A stretch of DNA of 64,000 nucleotides from Dehalococcoidia bacterium (GCA_011191875.1 DUFC01000031.1:117705-181704); one strand, 5' to 3'; positions 7,465 through 17,999 are shown, numbered from the stretch's first letter. Notes: generated from the sequence alone by a model not told the origin. A program made the numbers and translations.

Positions 7465-8406
7465 CTAGCGATAGCCAGCCAGAGGTATTTCCAGACCACC
7501 CAGCATTCCCGCCAACAGCGCTTTCTGCAGGTGCAGCCTATTCTCAGCCTGGTCAAAAACCACCGACTTAGGGCTATCTAGAATGCCCTCAGCAACCTCC
7601 TCACCACGGTGTGCCGGCAAGGGGTGCATTAATATGGCATCATCTTTGGCTAAAGACAGAAGTTCACTATTTACCTGGTAGCTAGCAAATATCTGGTGTC
7701 GCTCTTGAGCTTCAGCTTCCTGCCCCATACTCGTCCACACATCAGTATAAACTATATCAGCTCCACTAACTGCCAGGTTTGGTTCCTCAGTGCTAAGTAT
7801 TTCAGCACCACTATCGGTAGCATAGTCTTGAGCCATGTATAATATTCTATCTTGAACGGTGTAGCCGGCTGGGGAAGCAATTCTGAAATTCATCCCGATG
7901 AGTGAAGCAGCTAGCAGAAGACTGTGAGCCACATTGTTACCATCGCCGACAAAGGCTAGGGTTAAGGCATCTAGCTCTCCCTTCTTCTCATAGATGGTGA
8001 GCAGGTCAGCTAAAGCCTGGCACGGGTGTTCCAAATCAGACAGGGCGTTTATTACCGGCACACTGGAGTAGCTGGCCAGAATCTCCAAAGTTTGGTGAGA
8101 GAAGGTACGGGCGGCAATAGCATCTACATAGCGGCTAAGCACTCTGGCAACATCTGGAACTGACTCACGCTGCCCCAGTCCAACCTCAGCCGGTGACAGA
8201 TAAACGGTCTGTCCACCCAACTGGTGCATGGCTAGCTCAAAGCTTACCCGGGTCCGTAGTGAGGGCTTCTCAAACATAATGGCTAGTGTCTTTCCACTAA
8301 GCGAAGAAAGCCAGCCCTGAGCTTTCATATCTACAGCATCTGATATTAGCCAGTGAATATCCTCACTACTGAGGTCAGATATAGAAAGTAAGTCCTTCCC
8401 CTTCAT
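7465..8406 (-). CDS. argF: ornithine carbamoyltransferase
   Basis: 313 aa. Carbamoyl-phosphate motif SLRTRVSFE, HPCQ, ornithine-binding DVWTSMGQE, HPLPAHRGEEV. Confidence 0.85.
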   Translation of the reverse strand: MKGKDLLSISDLSSEDIHWLISDAVDMKAQGWLSSLSGKTLAIMFEKPSLRTRVSFELAMHQLGGQTVYLSPAEVGLGQRESVPDVARVLSRYVDAIAARTFSHQTLEILASYSSVPVINALSDLEHPCQALADLLTIYEKKGELDALTLAFVGDGNNVAHSLLLAASLIGMNFRIASPAGYTVQDRILYMAQDYATDSGAEILSTEEPNLAVSGADIVYTDVWTSMGQEAEAQERHQIFASYQVNSELLSLAKDDAILMHPLPAHRGEEVAEGILDSPKSVVFDQAENRLHLQKALLAGMLGGLEIPLAGYR

Positions 8407-8495
8407 GCCCTGCAGTATATCACGAAAAAGAAACTATTGAATAGAGGAAAGAAAATGCTGGAGCATTAGTAGAAATAGGGGTAGCCTCCCTACTG

Positions 8496-8504
8496 TGCTA
8501 TAAT
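8496..8504 (+). promoter_or_regulatory. extended -10 element (TGcTATAAT)
   Basis: ccctactgTGcTATAATa. The same core, ccctact..TGCTATAATA, recurs in front of polA at 11831. Confidence 0.35.
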
Positions 8505-8667
8505 AAGATTATAACCGAACTATCGGAATCGCTGAAGCTGTGTGATGGATGTGGGATTTACCTGGAGGTTTGCCTCTTACAGGCGGGAAGTGATTTAAAA
8601 AGCCTATATAACTGAAGTCGTTATCTAGGGTCTATATAGTTTGATCTTGATTTAAGGGAGGCTAAAA

Positions 8668-8919
8668 ATGAGTTATAGACCAGATAATTGGGGAAGCCTA
8701 TACAAAGAGGCTTGCCGGAGGGAACAGCTAAAAGATGTTTCGCCAACCATAAATACTTTTGAAGCTGGTGCTGATGCTATGCTGGAAGCACTGAAGCCTC
8801 TGCTAGTCACCGTCTATGCTCAACTCTCGGGTACGAGGGTGAGGATGGGAGTTCCCCTGACCGAGGAGACCGTATTAGACTATAGTTTAAACACAATTAA
8901 AAAGATTCTTGGATTATAA
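8668..8919 (+). CDS. hypothetical protein (83 aa)
   Basis: ORF with SD GGGAGG 6 nt upstream of the ATG. No recognisable family. Confidence 0.55.
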   Translation: MSYRPDNWGSLYKEACRREQLKDVSPTINTFEAGADAMLEALKPLLVTVYAQLSGTRVRMGVPLTEETVLDYSLNTIKKILGL

Positions 8920-8949
8920 CGCCTAGAGATGTAGGTGAGGAGGTTTGAA

Positions 8950-9201
8950 ATGAGCAATACCGAAAAGTTTACCGTATCGGGAAGCCAGTTGGTTGAAAAG
9001 ATCAAGCAACTCATACATGAAGGTAACATCAGAAGGGTGCGGGTGCTACACGAAGGGAGACCGGTATTAGAGATTCCATTGTCAATAGGGGCTCCAGCGG
9101 CGGCAATAGGGATTCTGATAGCTCCGATTCTGGCTGCCCTGGGTGCTTTCGCTGCTCTGGTGACGGAGTGCACCATTGAGGTCGAGAAGATGGAAGAATA
9201 G
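8950..9201 (+). CDS. DUF4342-like small protein
   Basis: ATG at 8950 follows GAGGAGG. The sequence (FTVSGSQLVEKIKQLIHEGNIRRVRV...GRPVLEIPL, then a hydrophobic Ala/Gly-rich stretch) matches the DUF4342 pattern as I recall it. Confidence 0.6.
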   Translation: MSNTEKFTVSGSQLVEKIKQLIHEGNIRRVRVLHEGRPVLEIPLSIGAPAAAIGILIAPILAALGAFAALVTECTIEVEKMEE

Positions 9202-9383
9202 CTGTGTATTAAGGTTATGTTATATTCAGCCCAACCTGGTGGATTATTGCCGGCTACTATAGCTTTCTTCTCATTGTGGCTACCTCGTTCAATATCTATC
9301 TAGAAAGAAGAATTAAATATGAAAATTACAAGTGGAAAGTGGGAGGGTATCTACCTGAAATCTAGAAATAAAGAGTTGACCGA

Positions 9384-10016
9384 ATGACACAGATTATTTT
9401 GGTAAGACATGGGGAAACTGAATGGAATATAGAAGAGGTATTTAGAGGAAGAATTGATATTGAGCTGAATGAAACTGGAATGAAGCAGGCAGGACTACTG
9501 GCAGAATATCTAAGTCATAAAAAAATAGATGCCGTCTATTCAAGTCCACTGAAGCGAGCTTTAAAGACAGCAGAGACTATTGCTGGCTATCATAGACTTG
9601 ATGTAGAAATTACTCCTGGTCTAATAGATTTTAATTATGGGAAATGGCAGGGCTTAGCCCATCAGCAGGTAAAAGATAAATATAAAGAGCTTTATGCTGA
9701 GTGGATTAATAATCCCGACCAGGTGAAGATGCCGGCTGGAGAAAGCCTGAGTGATGTCAGGAAAAGAGCTATGGGTGTGGTGAGTGATGTAATAGCCAAA
9801 TATGAAGGTAGTATAGTCTTAGTATCTCACCGCGTAGTGAATAAAGTTTTGGTATGTGCTTTGTTAGGGCTGGATAATTCCCATTTCTGGAATATAAGAC
9901 TGGATACCTGCGGAACTACAACCTTTATTTATGAAGATGGACGCTTCATCCTCACCGAGCACAACAACACATCCTATTTGAAGCCTACACAGAAAGCCCC
10001 ACTCAGTGATTTTTAG
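9384..10016 (+). CDS. histidine phosphatase family protein (phosphoglycerate mutase-like)
   Basis: N-terminal RHGETEWN catalytic motif and a downstream SHRV histidine. 210 aa. Confidence 0.85.
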   Translation: MTQIILVRHGETEWNIEEVFRGRIDIELNETGMKQAGLLAEYLSHKKIDAVYSSPLKRALKTAETIAGYHRLDVEITPGLIDFNYGKWQGLAHQQVKDKYKELYAEWINNPDQVKMPAGESLSDVRKRAMGVVSDVIAKYEGSIVLVSHRVVNKVLVCALLGLDNSHFWNIRLDTCGTTTFIYEDGRFILTEHNNTSYLKPTQKAPLSDF

Positions 10017-10034
10017 TGGCTGCCGCTGAATTTA

Positions 10035-10934
10035 CTATTTAAAGAGGCTTCTCTCAATATCCTTCAGTCCGTCTATCCCCTTTATCTCATAGGGAAACAG
10101 GGGCAACTCAACTATTCTAAGCCCTTGATACCTACGGTAGAGAAGTTCAATATACCCTTTTTGCTGCTCAGCTTTGGACTGAAGAAAACTTGAGCCGGTT
10201 ACTTCTTTAATTACATTATTTATCACTAACTGCTCAGCCTCAAGCCCGTGTTTATCAAATTCATCAAAGATGCTGTCAAGCTGCTCAATAGCTAGTGCTT
10301 CGGGTATAGTAACAATGGTGAATCTCACCCCGTGCCTGAGAAAGTCCATATCTTCACCAGATAAACTTTCCCACCCCTTTATAATGTCCAGCACTGGTCT
10401 CCTTGTTTCCTTACCAAGCTTCAGCTTGGAATAAATTCGAGGGGCAGGTTTTAGATGCTCTCTGAGCATAGCTGGGGTTTGAAGCAAGCCAAGCGTTTGC
10501 CCTAAAGGCGCAGTATCCCAGACTATACGCTTATACTTCCTTTCCTGGCTCAGTTCCTTTATATAATCGACCATGAATTCGTCTCTTATCCCCGGTAATA
10601 TGGAAGCAATGAAATCGACAAATTCATCATAGTCTACTGATACTAGCGAGGAAAAGACCTCATAAAGTTCCTTGCCAAATTTTCTATCCCACATCTGTTT
10701 TACCTCACCAATACCGAGCTCAGCCAGATGCAGCCCATCCAGAACTTTTGCCGTTTTTTGCTTGTCTTCTATATTAAAAATATGCAATAGGGACGGGGTT
10801 GGGTCGGTTGATATGGCTAATGTTGTATCACCAAGGGAGGCATAGTGAAGAGCGGTAGCCCCAGCACAAGTTGTCTTGCCTACTCCACCCTTGCCAGCAA
10901 ACATAATGACATAATCATTATTTGTGTCAGGCAT
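10035..10934 (-). CDS. ArsA/GET3-family P-loop ATPase
   Basis: Deviant Walker A GKGGVGKTT near the N-terminus. ATG at 10934 has AAGGAG upstream. The longer track ORF (to 11087) adds a non-conserved extension. Confidence 0.8.
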   Translation of the reverse strand: MPDTNNDYVIMFAGKGGVGKTTCAGATALHYASLGDTTLAISTDPTPSLLHIFNIEDKQKTAKVLDGLHLAELGIGEVKQMWDRKFGKELYEVFSSLVSVDYDEFVDFIASILPGIRDEFMVDYIKELSQERKYKRIVWDTAPLGQTLGLLQTPAMLREHLKPAPRIYSKLKLGKETRRPVLDIIKGWESLSGEDMDFLRHGVRFTIVTIPEALAIEQLDSIFDEFDKHGLEAEQLVINNVIKEVTGSSFLQSKAEQQKGYIELLYRRYQGLRIVELPLFPYEIKGIDGLKDIERSLFK

Positions 10935-11125
10935 CTCTTTCTCCTTGCCCAAGCGGTATCCCGATATACTATAGTATAAATTTATAGATAATACCACTGG
11001 GAGAGATAGTTTACTCAGGGAGGGAAAGCTACCTGCCGGGTGTCTAAGAGGAGTAAAAAATCCCATTCCACATGTTGTTTCTGTCATTTGATACCCATAT
11101 AATGCTAGGGGAAAGGAGACTCAAG

Positions 11126-11371
11126 ATGCTGTTTGTGATGCTTTTATCACCAAAAGGAAGAGGGACTGAGGCAGTCAAGTATCTCAAGGAGTTAAAAGCT
11201 CCTCCAGGCATTACCATTCATGATGTCTATTTTACCCTTGGTCGGTATGACGGCGTAATCGTCTTTGAAGCGCTGGATGTAAAGACAGCTATGAGCTTTG
11301 CTATGGAAACAGGGTTTGACACCGATTATACTGCTGAGACCCTTACTGCTGTCCCAGCCAAGGAACTTTAA
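11126..11371 (+). CDS. GYD domain protein
   Basis: 81 aa with a GRYD motif (TLGRYDGVIVFEA). SD AAGGAG lies 7 nt before ATG 11126. Confidence 0.7.
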   Translation: MLFVMLLSPKGRGTEAVKYLKELKAPPGITIHDVYFTLGRYDGVIVFEALDVKTAMSFAMETGFDTDYTAETLTAVPAKEL

Positions 11372-11375
11372 AACG

Positions 11376-11795
11376 GTGAAGGGAAGCTATATTCTCCTTG
11401 TTCAACTCCCTGAAAAGCAGACAATTACCGTAGGCAGCCTGAAAGATATTCATTTCCCCTCTGGCTACTATGCCTATGTCGGCTCAGCTATGGGAGGGAT
11501 TAAATCCAGACTAAGCCACCATTGTAAACAAAGCAAAAGACCTCACTGGCATATCGATTATCTACTGCAAAAAGCTTCTATCAATGGAGTCATCCTCTGC
11601 GAGACTAGAGATAGGGTTGAATGCGCCATTGCTCAGGCGCTCAGCCATCAATTTGACTCTATTCCCCGCTTTGGTTGCAGTGATTGCCGGTGCCAGAGTC
11701 ACCTATTTTTTGCCACCAAAGGAATGAAGTCAGAAGTAATAGCAATCCTTAACCGGCTGGGTATGCAGCCAAGGTTGATGCAGGATTTAAACTGA
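11376..11795 (+). CDS. DUF123 / GIY-YIG-like (Uri superfamily) protein
   Basis: GYYAYVGSAMGG...RLSHH...HWHIDYL pattern. The GTG 11376 start was chosen to avoid overlap with the GYD gene and is uncertain. Confidence 0.65.
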   Translation: MKGSYILLVQLPEKQTITVGSLKDIHFPSGYYAYVGSAMGGIKSRLSHHCKQSKRPHWHIDYLLQKASINGVILCETRDRVECAIAQALSHQFDSIPRFGCSDCRCQSHLFFATKGMKSEVIAILNRLGMQPRLMQDLN

Positions 11796-11830
11796 CGACT
11801 ATATATCTCCTTCTCCCACCCTACTCACTC

Positions 11831-11839
11831 TGCTATAAT
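11831..11839 (+). promoter_or_regulatory. extended -10 element (TGcTATAAT) placed for a leaderless polA mRNA
   Basis: TGCTATAAT ends 6 nt before the polA ATG (11846). No SD lies in between. Confidence 0.35.
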
Positions 11840-11845
11840 ACACTT

Positions 11846-14566
11846 ATGAAAAAGCCGCTTTTAGTGCTGTTTGATGGTAATGCTCTGGTTCATCGTGCCT
11901 TCCACGCTTTACCACCATTAACAGTGAGTAAGACTGGCGAAATGGTAAATGCTGTTTATGGTTTTGCTCTCATGCTGCTTAAAGTAGTGAATGAGCTAAA
12001 CCCCACCCACTATGCCATTGCCTTTGATAGGAAAGCCCCTACCTTCAGGCATAAACTCTTTAACCAGTATAAGGCACAGCGACCCCCAACCCCTGATGAG
12101 CTGGTTAATCAGTTGGAGCGGGTTAGGCAGCTGGTAGATACATTCCATATCCCTATCTTTGAACTGGATGACTATGAGGCAGACGATGTTTTAGGCACCC
12201 TCAGCCACCAGGCTAGCCAGCAGGACATTGATACTATCATCGTTACCGGTGACGCTGATGCTATGCAACTGGTATCACCCCAGGTGAAAGTGCTTTATCC
12301 CAAACCAAGAGGCTCTTTCAGTGATACTACACTTTACGATGAAGTCGCTGTTAACCAGAAATATAGCATTAAACCTCAGCAGATTGCCGACTTTAAGGGA
12401 CTGGTAGGTGACCACTCGGACAACATCCCCGGTGTCCCCGGCGTAGGTGAAAAAACTGCTGTCAAGCTCCTCGGACAATTTGGCTCTATAGACCAAATCT
12501 ATGCCCACATAGATGAGGTAACTCCACCCAAACTCCAGGCTCTATTACGGGAAAATGAAGCCATTGCCCGCCAGAGCAAGGTGTTGGCTACCATCGTTAT
12601 CCAGACACCGGTCACCCTCGACCTTGATAACTGCCGGATTAGTCACTATGACCGTCACCAGGTAGCTGAGCTTTTCCGTGAACTTGAGTTTTCTAGCCTG
12701 CTGCCTAAACTGCCTGAGCTAGAAGCAGAGAAGGAGGCGCCCGAATCCTACACCCAGATTAAAACTGAGCCTCCACCCCAGCGAGCCTACCATATTATAA
12801 ATACCACCTCAGCTCTTGACGAACTGCTGAACTGTTTGTCAGCGGCTAAGTCCTTTGCCTTTGACCTGGAGACGACAAGCGTAAATGCCATGCTGGCCCA
12901 GGTTGTAGGCATATCTCTATCACCAGTTCCAGGCGAGGCTTACTACATCCCTGTCGGTCATGTTGGCTGGGGGCAGGTAGAGCAGCTACCACTGGAGCAG
13001 GTCATTGACCGGCTCAAGCTCCCCCTGGAAGATGCTGACCTTGCCAAATTTGCCCACAATGGTAAGTATGATATGACAGTGCTGGCTGAATATGGGGTGA
13101 CTGTCAATAATCTGACCTTTGATACCATGGTCGCTGCTTACCTTCTGGGGGAGAAATCCCTGGGCTTGAAAGCTCTTGCTTTCAGCAAGCTGGGCATTGA
13201 AATGACACCAATCGCTACTCTTATTGGCTCGGGGGCTAAGCAGATTTCTATGTCCCAGGTCGAGGTGAATCAGGCAGCCGATTATGCCTGTGCCGATGCT
13301 GACATGACCGGGCGACTGACCGAATTATTCAATACCGAACTACGCCAGCAAGGGCTGTGGCAGTTATTCTCTGAGGTTGAAATGCCACTGGTAACGGTGC
13401 TTACCCGTATGGAAAGAAACGGGGTAGCCCTGGATATAGAATTACTGAGGCAAATGTCACGCCGCCTCGGTGAGCAATTGCTCAAGCTGGAGGCCGAAAT
13501 ATATAACACTGCCGGTCACCGCTTCAATATAAACTCGCCCCAGCAATTAAGCTCTGTCCTCTTTCAGGAGCTGAAATTATTAACATCTCGCAAGACTAAA
13601 AGCACTGGAGCTTCAGTACTGGAGGAGCTACGGGGCACCCACCCTATAATAGAGTTTATCCTAGACTACCGCCAGTTAAGTAAAATAAAGTCAACCTATA
13701 CTGATGCTCTGACCAGCATGATAAACCCTAAAACAGGTCGGGTGCATACCAGCTTTAACCAGACACGGACAGCTACCGGTCGGCTTTCCTCTAGTGAACC
13801 TAACCTGCAAAACATTCCTGTCCGTGGTGAACTGGGTAAGCAAGTAAGGCAAGCCTTTATTACTCCGTTCGGCTCTTGCCTTGTGGCTGGGGATTACTCA
13901 CAGATTGACCTCCGTGCCCTGGCTCACCTGTCTCAGGACGAAAGCCTGCTCAGTGCCTTCCACCGCGACGAAGATATTCATGCGGCTACCGCTGCCCAGG
14001 TGTTTGGCGTGGACACCTCACAGGTAACACCGGATATGCGCCGGGTGGCCAAAACAGTTAATTTCGGTGTCATCTATGGTATGAGTGACTACGGGCTGGA
14101 GCAGGCAACAGAGCTATCACGGGAAGAGGCTGCCCAGTTCATTGCCGCCTACTTTAGTAAATACCCGGGGGTAAAGCAATATCTTGAGTCCACCAAAGAG
14201 CAGGCGAGGAAAGAAGGCTATGTTCAAACAATACTGGGTAGAAGGCGCTTTATCCCTGAAATCGACTCTCCTAACCGACAAGTGAGAGAAGCCGCTGAAC
14301 GTATGGCAATAAATATGCCAGTGCAGGGGACATCAGCCGATATCATAAAGGTGGCTATGGTTAACCTTGACCGGGAGATGCAAAAGCGCCAATTAAAGAG
14401 CAAGATGCTGCTTCAAGTGCATGATGAACTTATCTTTGAGGTGCCTGAGGATGAGCTGGAGAATGTGCGCCAGCTCGTTCCAGAAATAATGTCCACTGCT
14501 TTGGAGCTTTGCGTCCCCCTAAAGGTGGACATCAAGACCGGTAAAAACTGGGGGGAGATGCAGTAA
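11846..14566 (+). CDS. polA: DNA polymerase I (5'-3' exonuclease, 3'-5' exonuclease-like and polymerase domains)
   Basis: 906 aa. N-terminal FEN-like domain (LFDGNALVHRAFHA, GDADAMQL). Pol A motifs DYSQIDLRALAH, RRVAKTVNFGVIYG, QVHDELIFE. Confidence 0.95.
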   Translation: MKKPLLVLFDGNALVHRAFHALPPLTVSKTGEMVNAVYGFALMLLKVVNELNPTHYAIAFDRKAPTFRHKLFNQYKAQRPPTPDELVNQLERVRQLVDTFHIPIFELDDYEADDVLGTLSHQASQQDIDTIIVTGDADAMQLVSPQVKVLYPKPRGSFSDTTLYDEVAVNQKYSIKPQQIADFKGLVGDHSDNIPGVPGVGEKTAVKLLGQFGSIDQIYAHIDEVTPPKLQALLRENEAIARQSKVLATIVIQTPVTLDLDNCRISHYDRHQVAELFRELEFSSLLPKLPELEAEKEAPESYTQIKTEPPPQRAYHIINTTSALDELLNCLSAAKSFAFDLETTSVNAMLAQVVGISLSPVPGEAYYIPVGHVGWGQVEQLPLEQVIDRLKLPLEDADLAKFAHNGKYDMTVLAEYGVTVNNLTFDTMVAAYLLGEKSLGLKALAFSKLGIEMTPIATLIGSGAKQISMSQVEVNQAADYACADADMTGRLTELFNTELRQQGLWQLFSEVEMPLVTVLTRMERNGVALDIELLRQMSRRLGEQLLKLEAEIYNTAGHRFNINSPQQLSSVLFQELKLLTSRKTKSTGASVLEELRGTHPIIEFILDYRQLSKIKSTYTDALTSMINPKTGRVHTSFNQTRTATGRLSSSEPNLQNIPVRGELGKQVRQAFITPFGSCLVAGDYSQIDLRALAHLSQDESLLSAFHRDEDIHAATAAQVFGVDTSQVTPDMRRVAKTVNFGVIYGMSDYGLEQATELSREEAAQFIAAYFSKYPGVKQYLESTKEQARKEGYVQTILGRRRFIPEIDSPNRQVREAAERMAINMPVQGTSADIIKVAMVNLDREMQKRQLKSKMLLQVHDELIFEVPEDELENVRQLVPEIMSTALELCVPLKVDIKTGKNWGEMQ

Positions 14567-14571
14567 TTAGA

Positions 14572-15390
14572 ATGCCTGAGCTGCCTGAAGTAGAGACGAT
14601 AAAGAACGAGCTGCAGCCTTACATTGTCGGTCATTGTGTTACCGGCGTCACCCTGTTCTGGGATGGGATAGTGCGCCAGCCCTCAGTGGAAGAATTCTGC
14701 TCCCATCTCATCGGACAAAGAATAACTGAAATAGCTCGGCGCGGTAAATACCTCATCTTTAGTCTAACCAGTGATGAGGCACTGATTATTCACCTAAAAA
14801 TGACTGGCTCACTGCTATTGAAGTCGGCTCTAGCAGAGCCTGATAAATTTATCCGCGCCATAATCCATCTGGATGAAGAAATCGGGCTTCACTTTCGCGA
14901 CCCACGCAAGCTGGGAGTGATGTGGCTGGTAGAGGATACCAACTCTATTACAGGTAAGCTTGGTCCCGAACCGCTGGAAGCCGACTTTACCCCTCAAATT
15001 CTGGCTCAGCGGCTGACTAAACGTACAGCTCCCATAAAGGCTCTCCTCTGCGACCAGGGCTTTATTGCCGGCATAGGCAATATGTATGCTGATGAAGCTT
15101 TGTTTGCTGCCAGAATCCATCCGCTAAGGTTGGGAGGTAGCCTGTCTCGTGATGAGATAGAGCGCCTTCATAGTGCCATTCAGCAGGTGTTGTGGTCAGC
15201 CATTGGTAATAAGGGGGCTAGCGTGGATACCTACTTCCGTCCCAGCGGTGAGTTGGGAACAGCCCACTTTCAGTTCCAGGTTGCTCACCGCCTTAGCGGT
15301 AAGTTATGCCCTGTCTGTAGCACACTCATTGAGCGGATAGTTGTCCGCAACCGTGGCACCTACTTCTGCCCTAAATGCCAGCCCGGGTGA
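14572..15390 (+). CDS. mutM: formamidopyrimidine-DNA glycosylase
   Basis: N-terminal MPELPEVET and a C-terminal zinc finger, CPVC...CPKCQ. Confidence 0.9.
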   Translation: MPELPEVETIKNELQPYIVGHCVTGVTLFWDGIVRQPSVEEFCSHLIGQRITEIARRGKYLIFSLTSDEALIIHLKMTGSLLLKSALAEPDKFIRAIIHLDEEIGLHFRDPRKLGVMWLVEDTNSITGKLGPEPLEADFTPQILAQRLTKRTAPIKALLCDQGFIAGIGNMYADEALFAARIHPLRLGGSLSRDEIERLHSAIQQVLWSAIGNKGASVDTYFRPSGELGTAHFQFQVAHRLSGKLCPVCSTLIERIVVRNRGTYFCPKCQPG

Positions 15391-15394
15391 GTTT

Positions 15395-15420
15395 AAGAGG
15401 GGAGAAGCCCCTCTTTATTT
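15395..15420 (+). terminator. intrinsic terminator after mutM
   Basis: AAGAGGGG-agaag-CCCCTCTT followed by TATTTAAT, 5 nt after the stop codon. Confidence 0.5.
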
Positions 15421-15521
15421 AATCTTCCCCCTCTCCATCATAGGAATATATATCCCTCTCATGGAGAGGGGGATAAACCCCGTTAGGAACTGTAACAGGG
15501 TAAAGGGGGTGAGGTAGATAA

Positions 15522-16097
15522 TTACTTCCTCAGCTTCAAGTCAATTTGTAAGGTATCGGACACATTGCTAATTGCCGCTCTGACAAGCTTAGCTTTCTCT
15601 TTGATGCCAATATCTTCGGTTATCTTTGTTTCCGTATCTGCCAGCGCTTCCTTCAACTTGCCCAAAGGTATCAGTTGACAGCTGGTGCAGTAGAAACTCT
15701 TGGAACGACCCTCATCATAGTTATCAATAAGGTGCCGGAGGAGTGCTTGTTTTTCGATTTCCAGTCGGGCAAATTCCTCGATACCATTCTTTTGGATGAA
15801 AGCGAAGTTAGTAGCAAGTGGCCTGTAGGAGATAAAGGAATCATGATAGTTAGCCGAATCCAAGAGTTTGGCTACCTTCTCACACTCTACCCAGTCACTA
15901 CATTGAGCACATGTCTCAAGACCCTTCTTCTTAACACAGCAGGTGATGAATCCGCATGACGGATGTTTCTGCCAGAAATCCGTGCCGCAACAGCCGGGGC
16001 ATCTTGATGTCCCTTCCGTATGGTATCTCGGACATAGACCGCAGTTAAGACCACAGGCACCAACTATCGGATATTTCTTAAGCGGGTATTTATCCAT
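15522..16097 (-). CDS. Cys-rich DUF3795-like protein
   Basis: N-terminal CGLNCGLCPRY...CPGCC...CxxxxC pattern typical of DUF3795. 191 aa. Confidence 0.6.
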   Translation of the reverse strand: MDKYPLKKYPIVGACGLNCGLCPRYHTEGTSRCPGCCGTDFWQKHPSCGFITCCVKKKGLETCAQCSDWVECEKVAKLLDSANYHDSFISYRPLATNFAFIQKNGIEEFARLEIEKQALLRHLIDNYDEGRSKSFYCTSCQLIPLGKLKEALADTETKITEDIGIKEKAKLVRAAISNVSDTLQIDLKLRK

Positions 16098-16236
16098 TAT
16101 TTCCCCGAAAAACTTGAAAGTAATTAAGAAGGTAATCTATTTAATGCTACTTTAATTCGCCTCAGGCATCGCTCCTTATCCAGAACCGCCGTGGCTTGGA
16201 ATAATAGTGGTGCTGCCAGGAGCTTTTCAGCAAAAC

Positions 16237-17931
16237 TCATTTATCCTTATGCTTCTCTATCTTGGCCCAGGTATCCCGTAACGGCACCGTCCGGTTGAAT
16301 ACGATTTTCCCGGCAGATGAATCGGGATCAATACAGAAATAGCCCTGCCTCTCGAATTGGTACCGACTTCCGGGTGTTGCACCGGCAAGACTGGGTTCAA
16401 CACGGCACGAGGACAATATCTCCAAGGAATTGGGATTCAAATAAGCCTTGAAATTAGTCCCATCCTCCACATCAGTTGGGTCTTCCTTGCTGAATAAGTG
16501 GTCGTACAAGCGTACTTCAGCTTCGAGTGCGTGCTCAGCCGAAACCCAGTGTAGCGTTGCCTTGACCTTCCGTCCATCCGGGGAATCACCACCCCGCGTG
16601 GCTGGGTCATAAGTGCAGCGGAGTTCAACTACCTCTCCGCTTTGTTCATCCTTTAACACATCCACACAGGTGATAAAGTACGCATATCTCAGCCTCACCT
16701 CACGGCCTGGCGCCAGACGGAAGAACTTCTTTGGTGGGTCTTCGCGAAAATCGTCGCGTTCAATATATAGCACTCGTGAAAAGGGTACCTTTCGTGTCCC
16801 TGCGCCGGGGTTCTCGGGATTATTCACCGCATCCAATTCTTCCACTTGGTCTTCAGGATAGTTATCGATGACCACTCGCAGTGGGCGTAACACTCCCATA
16901 ACACGTTGAGCTTGCTTGTTCAAATCCTCGCGGAGGCTGTACTCAAGTAAGGCAATATCAATCGTACTGCCGGTCTTCGCTACCCCAATGCGCCGAGAAA
17001 AGTTACGGATAGACTCCGGTGTGTAGCCACGTCTGCGCAAACCCGATATCGTCGGCATACGTGGATCGTCCCATCCACTCACAAGCCCTTCCTTTACCAG
17101 TTCCAGAAGCATGCGCTTGCTCATCACGGTGTAGGTGAGGTTGAGGCGGGCAAACTCGATCTGCTGGGGGTGATAGACGCCCAACTCGTCCAGAAACCAG
17201 TCGTATAGTGGACGATGGTCTTCAAATTCCAGTGTGCAGATGGAATGGGTAATCCCTTCGATGGAGTCCTCAAGACCATGAGCCCAGTCGTACATCGGAT
17301 AGATGCACCACTTGTCGCCCGTGCGAGGGTGCTCGGAGTGCAGAATGCGATATATGACCGGATCGCGCATATTCAAGTTCCGAGAAGCCATGTTAATTTT
17401 CGCTCGGAGCACCCGTGAGCCGTCAGGGAATTCGCCGGCCCGCATGCGTTTAAACAAGTCGATGTTTTCCTCGGTTGAGCGGTTTCGGTACGGGCTCTGT
17501 TTGCCTGGCTGAGTTAGGGTGCCACGGTGGTCTCTAATCTCCTCCGCGCTCAGTTCATCAACGTAAGCTTTACCAGCTTTAATCAACTGCACAGCATATT
17601 CGTACATTTGCTCAAAGTAGTCTGAGGCATAGTACAGACGGTCCTCCCAGTCAAATCCCAGCCAGCGAATATCTTCGATGATTGAATCGATATATTCCTG
17701 CTCTTCCTTGATGGGATTGGTATCATCGAACCGCAGATTGCAGAGGCCGTTGAACTCAGCGGCGATACCGAAATTGAGGCATATAGCCTTGGCGTGTCCA
17801 ATGTGTAGATAGCCGTTCGGCTCTGGAGGAAACCGGGTATGGACCCGACCGCCGTACTTGTTTGTTTGGAGGTCATCATTGATAATATCCCGGATGAAAT
17901 TACGGGGAGGTTCAGAATTGGTTGTGGTCAT
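16237..17931 (-). CDS. glnS: glutamine--tRNA ligase
   Basis: 564 aa. HIGH motif (LHIGHAKA), VMSKR motif, and GlnRS-type C-terminal beta-barrel domains. Confidence 0.9.
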   Translation of the reverse strand: MTTTNSEPPRNFIRDIINDDLQTNKYGGRVHTRFPPEPNGYLHIGHAKAICLNFGIAAEFNGLCNLRFDDTNPIKEEQEYIDSIIEDIRWLGFDWEDRLYYASDYFEQMYEYAVQLIKAGKAYVDELSAEEIRDHRGTLTQPGKQSPYRNRSTEENIDLFKRMRAGEFPDGSRVLRAKINMASRNLNMRDPVIYRILHSEHPRTGDKWCIYPMYDWAHGLEDSIEGITHSICTLEFEDHRPLYDWFLDELGVYHPQQIEFARLNLTYTVMSKRMLLELVKEGLVSGWDDPRMPTISGLRRRGYTPESIRNFSRRIGVAKTGSTIDIALLEYSLREDLNKQAQRVMGVLRPLRVVIDNYPEDQVEELDAVNNPENPGAGTRKVPFSRVLYIERDDFREDPPKKFFRLAPGREVRLRYAYFITCVDVLKDEQSGEVVELRCTYDPATRGGDSPDGRKVKATLHWVSAEHALEAEVRLYDHLFSKEDPTDVEDGTNFKAYLNPNSLEILSSCRVEPSLAGATPGSRYQFERQGYFCIDPDSSAGKIVFNRTVPLRDTWAKIEKHKDK

Positions 17932-17999
17932 ATTCGTGGAACCATCCTATTGATTTCTCTCCTTTGCTCAGAAGAATTCACTAACAATCCCAGCAAACT

